Assembly: GCA_030704615.1 (NCBI GenBank)
Contig: CM060731.1
Location: forward strand, 50,034,001 to 50,098,000
Origin: Takakia lepidozioides
Lineage: Eukaryota > Plantae > Bryophyta
Direction: 5' to 3'
Length of the DNA: 64,000 nt
Below the pieces are notes generated by a model that saw only the letters and a list, made by a program, of their open reading frames with translations, had not been told where the DNA came from and did no database searches. Made by a program: the position numbers and the translations under genes. The stretch's first letter is position 1. Each line of letters opens with the position of its first letter. Below, piece after piece: positions 59,301-64,000 of this stretch.

Positions 59301-62300
59301 ATCGGGGATGCTTTGGGATTTAGTACTAGGCATTCACACTTGTCCCAATAATAGGCAGATGTGAAGAAGTCCTCTGAGCGTCCTTTAAATCTGGTAGGTG
59401 GCGCTTTATTGCTAACATCCTAGGCTATACATGAAAAAGGAGGGAGTTGGATTTATTGACGCAGAAACTAGGAGCATCCATGGGTCTAGGAGTTTTGCAC
59501 TCTCCTGGGAATATTCTTCAATCACCACGACGGGACATCGGATATGCCCCTACTGGTGTGTATAGCATGGGATAGCCAAGTTCAAGTTTTTCTCTCCAGT
59601 GATTTTCTAATTTTCTGCTGGAGGGGATTGAGTGCACCATTTCATCATTTCATGATATTAGGAACTGGAGGAAAATTTGATCTATGTTATTGAAGTTTTG
59701 TGTCACAGATGCACATATGCTGAACAGTGTCTATGGAGTGTTGAATGCTTGACAAGGTGGATGTGTGCAGGATTTGGAGGGGGAAGAGGAGGCCGCAGAA
59801 GAGAGGATGGTTTGGTGGGTCGTGTTGTGAAAATCCGTTTGGGACCTTTTAAAGGATACCGTGGCCGTGTTGTGGACGCCACTGAATCAACAGTACGCAT
59901 CGAGTTAGAATCACAAATGAAAGTTGTGACAGGTACAATGCTCCCTTATATTTGTGCTGGTCACTGATGGTGTGGAAGGTTTCTCTGTCCAGTATACCCA
60001 CAAAATGCCAGTCATGTCAGTATTTGGCTAGGTTGTGGTCTCTCTCTCCGCCAAGTCTACTGAAGAATATGCCTTTCTGTGACTGATGTTTTGTAAGACT
60101 CATTTCTGAGAGTGCAGTGCGAAGAGATCAGTTGTCGGATCCTGGAGAGATGCAGACATCCTATCCAAGCTCTCATCGGTATGTTCTTATCATGCATGCT
60201 CCCATTCTTTTCTGTTTGGAAACATACTCATTTTTTGCCTGTGATTGGTCTGAAATGTGGTAGAGTCCCCAGCAAATACAATTGTATCTGAGCCTCACTG
60301 ACAAGAGGAATTCGTTGGGATTGGCACAATCTGACATCAAGTTTATAATCAGACTTGCTACGTTCCTACTAACTATGCACCTAATCCGACACAACACATG
60401 CTGTTGTAAGCCCAGCACTCGACCCAGTGTTTTCAGAGAATGCTGGCTGATTAATGGGAACCCGACTCCAGGCTGCCTATAAAATAAGGTGCATTACAAA
60501 TATCGTGAGGACGAGTCTGAAAATACTGCAGGATGCAGGATTTGTTGCATCTGATAAGGTGGCCGCTGCAGGTTGAAAATGAACAAGCATGTGTTGGGAG
60601 AGCGTCAGTTATTGACTAGTGATGTGAATGAGGATTATGTTGACCAGTGATTCTATGATGCTCTGATTGCAGTGAGTCACCCCGATATGGGGCAGGCAGT
60701 GAGACGCCCATGCATCCTTCCAGGACCCCAATGCATCATTCTGCTGCCTACATGACACCTTTTAGGGACGCTTCTGGTGGGTGCTGTATCTTACATGGTT
60801 TGAATTATCTTATAAGAGACTTACAGCTTGTAGGTCAAGGAATTTTCTTCCTTCTGATTTGGTACCTTAGCTCTTTTATATTAATTTGAAAATCATTGTT
60901 TGCAATGCTGACACAGTTTCTTTTTTGTAGCAGCTACTCCCATTCATGAGGGTATGAGGACACCGATGCGCATAGGTGACCGAGCTTGGAACCCCCATGC
61001 TCCGATGACCCCACTCCGGTTTGTCTTCGTTCTTGGTTTATTCTTATGTTAACAGTAAATTGAAGTCTTTGTTAGTTGTGTTGACTGTTGCAGTTGGCAT
61101 CTTTTCACAGTAAGACCTTTCATGAAGGTATATACGCCTGGGTATTGTAACCATCCGTTGATCGGACTGGTATCATTTGAACAGTTTGCAGCTAGATAGG
61201 CTCTTTGCTAAGTAACACAGCCTATTTCAATTACATTCAACGATGATGATCGTGAGTCTCTGTCCAATGATGTTAATACCTCGCTGATGGTCATGATATC
61301 ATGATCCAGAGTGGTGGCAGGCAATACCCTCTTGTTTATGTTTGTTTCTTTTTCCTCTTTTGTTTTTTCCCTCCCAATTCCTCCTCTCTACATACATGTC
61401 TCTGTGTCTTGTTTGCATTGAGGGGATGCCTGCCAACAGCCACCGCTGAAGCTTGAAGCTATGAGAGCTGAGGACATGGATAGCCGTATCTGCTATTATT
61501 CAATCAACATCGTAGACAGCAATTTTGCTGTAAGGTGGTGGCAGTTTGATAAGCAGGCCTAGATTGGTTATGGATAGGAGATAGAATGCTGTTTATTGTT
61601 GTTGCCAAAGCACCTAAGGTTCCTGTGTCAGTCCGTCTTATCTTATATTTTATAAAGGGTCTACTCAGTGATGCAGCGAAAGATTTCAAAATCCATTTTG
61701 TGGCAACCTGGGCTGGCAGACTTTTTGTATCTGCTTTAGTAGACAGGCTTGTCTGATCATGTTGAGTGGAGCAGGCCCAATGACTGGGACAATGCTGATC
61801 CAAGCACGTGGGACCAGGCTGCAACCCCACAGTACCAGGTATGGTTGTGCATTATCAGTCTTTGTTCAAGTCAAACAATGTTTTTCCCCCGTGGTCACTG
61901 TCCTTGTCACTTTGTTTCTTGCCGCTGGTCACATGGTGTTGGCAATATTTAATGTGGGAGGCTGCCTTTTGTAGTGTTTTATTAGGGGGTAACATGAGCT
62001 TTGTAAGTTACCAGATGTGTATCGATCCTGCAAACTCTTGTACATGCAGACTATCACGCTTGTCACTACGTAGACTGCTTATGTGGCTGTCTTTATGTAT
62101 GTCGCAGCCAGGGACACCTGGAGGGAGGCCATTCGAAGCTCCCACGCCTGGGGCGAGCTGGGCTACTACACCTGGTGCTAGCTTTAGTGAAGCTGGCACA
62201 CCAAACGAACCTACCTCCTCTTATGGTATTGGTCATTGCTGTTTCCTGAAGAGGAGTAGTATTCATTTGCATGTGATCATGTTATCTGGTGTACTGTATG

Positions 62301-64000
62301 CTTCCTTGTGCTGGTGTAATGCATATATAAATGCTTTTTTAGTGAAATAGATTGTTCGTCTTGTAATGAAGACTTCTTTCCCCACCCCTTTAAAATTTCC
62401 TCTCCTGCCCTAGTTATGTGATTCTCAATGTTCTAGTATTCATAGGTTGAATAGTTTTTGATGTTTTTGCTTACATCAGTCAATTGAGAAACCATGGGAC
62501 ATTGATATTTGGTCATTTGAAAAAGAAAACATGCACCTCATAGCAGAGAAACGTCCTCTAGCATAGTCATATCATGATGGTTGGTTGTCGTTCAACTCTG
62601 TTGACAGACTTTTCCTTAGCTTGTTTACTTTCTTTCTCATCCCACTTCCTAGTATTGAAAGGTTTCTGCATGTGGATCTGACACTCAACTGGTTGGCTTT
62701 GCAGCCGCACCTAGTCCCTATCTCCCTGGAACACCTGGTGGTCCTCCTATGACACCTGGGGTTCCCTCGTACCTACCAGGAACCCCTGGTGGCCAGCCCA
62801 TGACACCGGGCACTGGGGCACTTGACCCCACTTCTCCTGCAATAGGTATGTGCCCTCTGCCAATCAGTTTGTTTAGTATGTTTAGTCATGTGTGCTGCTA
62901 AGTCATTGTCAGTGCAAGAACCAGGGATTTTCATAAAAATAACAAAAAAAATCTAGACTCTTGTCAAAGCAAGCATACCCCGAAGGGCTACTGCCTTCCG
63001 ATGGGAAAGTGGAGACTTTATAACGATGCCAATAACCATAGTGCTTGACTAGCTGATAGTTATTCAATCTGTTCAATAACCCAGTTGCTCCATCACAGGG
63101 TCATGGAGAGGCCTGATTGTGTGTAGACCATGCAGGTATGGGAGGTGGGCATGATGCAGAAGGAAGGTGGGGCATGCCAGATATTGTGGTCACTATTCGC
63201 AAGCCTGGGGAAGTAGATGCCCAGATTGGTGTCATCAAGGAGGCCCTGCCGGTATTTGTTTCTGCCTTGACTGCATAGTGGTGTAGTATTCAAACTTCCA
63301 AACTTAATCCATGAGAGAGCAAGCTCTGAGGCAGAGAAGCCTTAGCCATCTTTCCAGGCTGATTGGCCTAACTTTGTGATATCTTTTTTGCAAAGACTGT
63401 ATGGGCATGTGAGGTGAACGTACCTGCCTAATAAATGAATGGGTGAGTGGTGGGGGGGGGAGGGGGGTGGGTGGTGGCGTGGAGGGGGGGTGGCCAGGGC
63501 TGAGGCGCGGCGTGGGGAGGGGGGGGGGGGGGGGGGGGGTACCAGCTAGTTTGATTGGTGGCATGTGCTAAATCATGCTTTAAACCCTCTAGAACAATGG
63601 GCCTCAGTTATTGTCTTTTTTTAAGTGGAGTTGCCGTGCAATAGGCTGGTTTGTACCTGTCAGTTAGAGTGTCCTGTTGTAATCTGTTCTGTTGTATAGT
63701 GTTCTGTTGTTCAAGTATTTGCAGGTAAGCATTGTTGTTACATTTCCAGAAGTGCGGCTCTTTTTACTATGGACTGCTTGCTGCTCTTATTCTGCAGGAT
63801 GGCACATGCCGTGTGGCCATGGGTCCATCTGGTGATGGAGACGTAGTTACAGTGGGTCAAATGGAGATGGAGCTGGTGCTTCCCAAAAAGACAGATAAGA
63901 TCAAGATTGTGTCAGGTGATTATCGGGGCTGTACTGGAAAGCTGATGGGGATTGATGGAGCAGATGGAATCGTTAAGTTGGACGACACCTTGGACATTAA
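53399..64000 (+). CDS. SPT5: Transcription elongation factor SPT5 (3' end beyond window)
   Basis: 24 frame-consistent exons: 53399-53554, 53952-54111, 54576-54715, 55056-55154, 55287-55442, 55844-56002, 56178-56261, 56565-56632, 56812-57163, 57500-57655, 57787-57884, 58115-58163, 58426-58581, 58855-58998, 59465-59555, 59771-59932, 60118-60178, 60673-60776, 60931-61018, 61775-61838, 62108-62225, 62705-62845, 63136-63251, 63798->64000. Acidic N-terminus, LLPSVKDPKLWMVKC, NGN (HLKGYLYIES), KOW motifs (GIYKGDLAKV, GPFKGYRGRV), CTR (GSETPMHPSRTPMH, PGTPGG). Confidence 0.97.
63441..63539 (+). repeat. G-rich tract with a G21 homopolymer in SPT5 intron 23
   Basis: Multiple G runs of 3 to 21 nt. Confidence 0.85.

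Noticed and set aside
59200-60400. Two weakly similar intronic segments (GTATCTGA...GAATTCGTTG) as MITE remnants
   Set aside because: The similarity is too short, and no TIR or TSD could be defined.
4309-64000. Functional clustering (PCF11 + SPT5; TRS23 + FAM21 + PSD)
   Set aside because: Housekeeping neighbours in a gene-dense region. Nothing in the sequence distinguishes this from chance without synteny or co-expression data.

Overview
Eukaryotic, intron-rich land-plant genomic DNA, probably a non-seed plant with organellar RNA editing. This is inferred from a FAM21 gene, RTE-X-like LINEs and a DYW-type PPR remnant. Six host genes were reconstructed exon by exon: PCF11/PCFS4 (+), phosphatidylserine decarboxylase PSD2/3 (-, 21 exons), a stellacyanin-type phytocyanin/AGP (-), TRAPP subunit TRS23 (-), a full-length WASH-complex subunit FAM21/WASHC2 (-, 13 exons, ~1329 aa) and SPT5 (+, runs off the window). 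The PSD introns hold a 2.75-kb 5'-truncated RTE-X-like LINE and many short 3'-end copies from two LINE families. Six of these insertions are bounded by target-site duplications that show tail/target microhomology. Also present are a 944-bp TIR element (AATT TSD, Sola-like), a PLS-E/DYW PPR pseudogene in the TRS23 promoter, a Gypsy integrase scrap next to a Helitron-like 3' end, and ~7 kb (27.9-34.8 kb) of decayed, unidentifiable coding sequence. No rRNA, tRNA or CRISPR was seen. All family assignments are from manual motif recognition; no searches were run.
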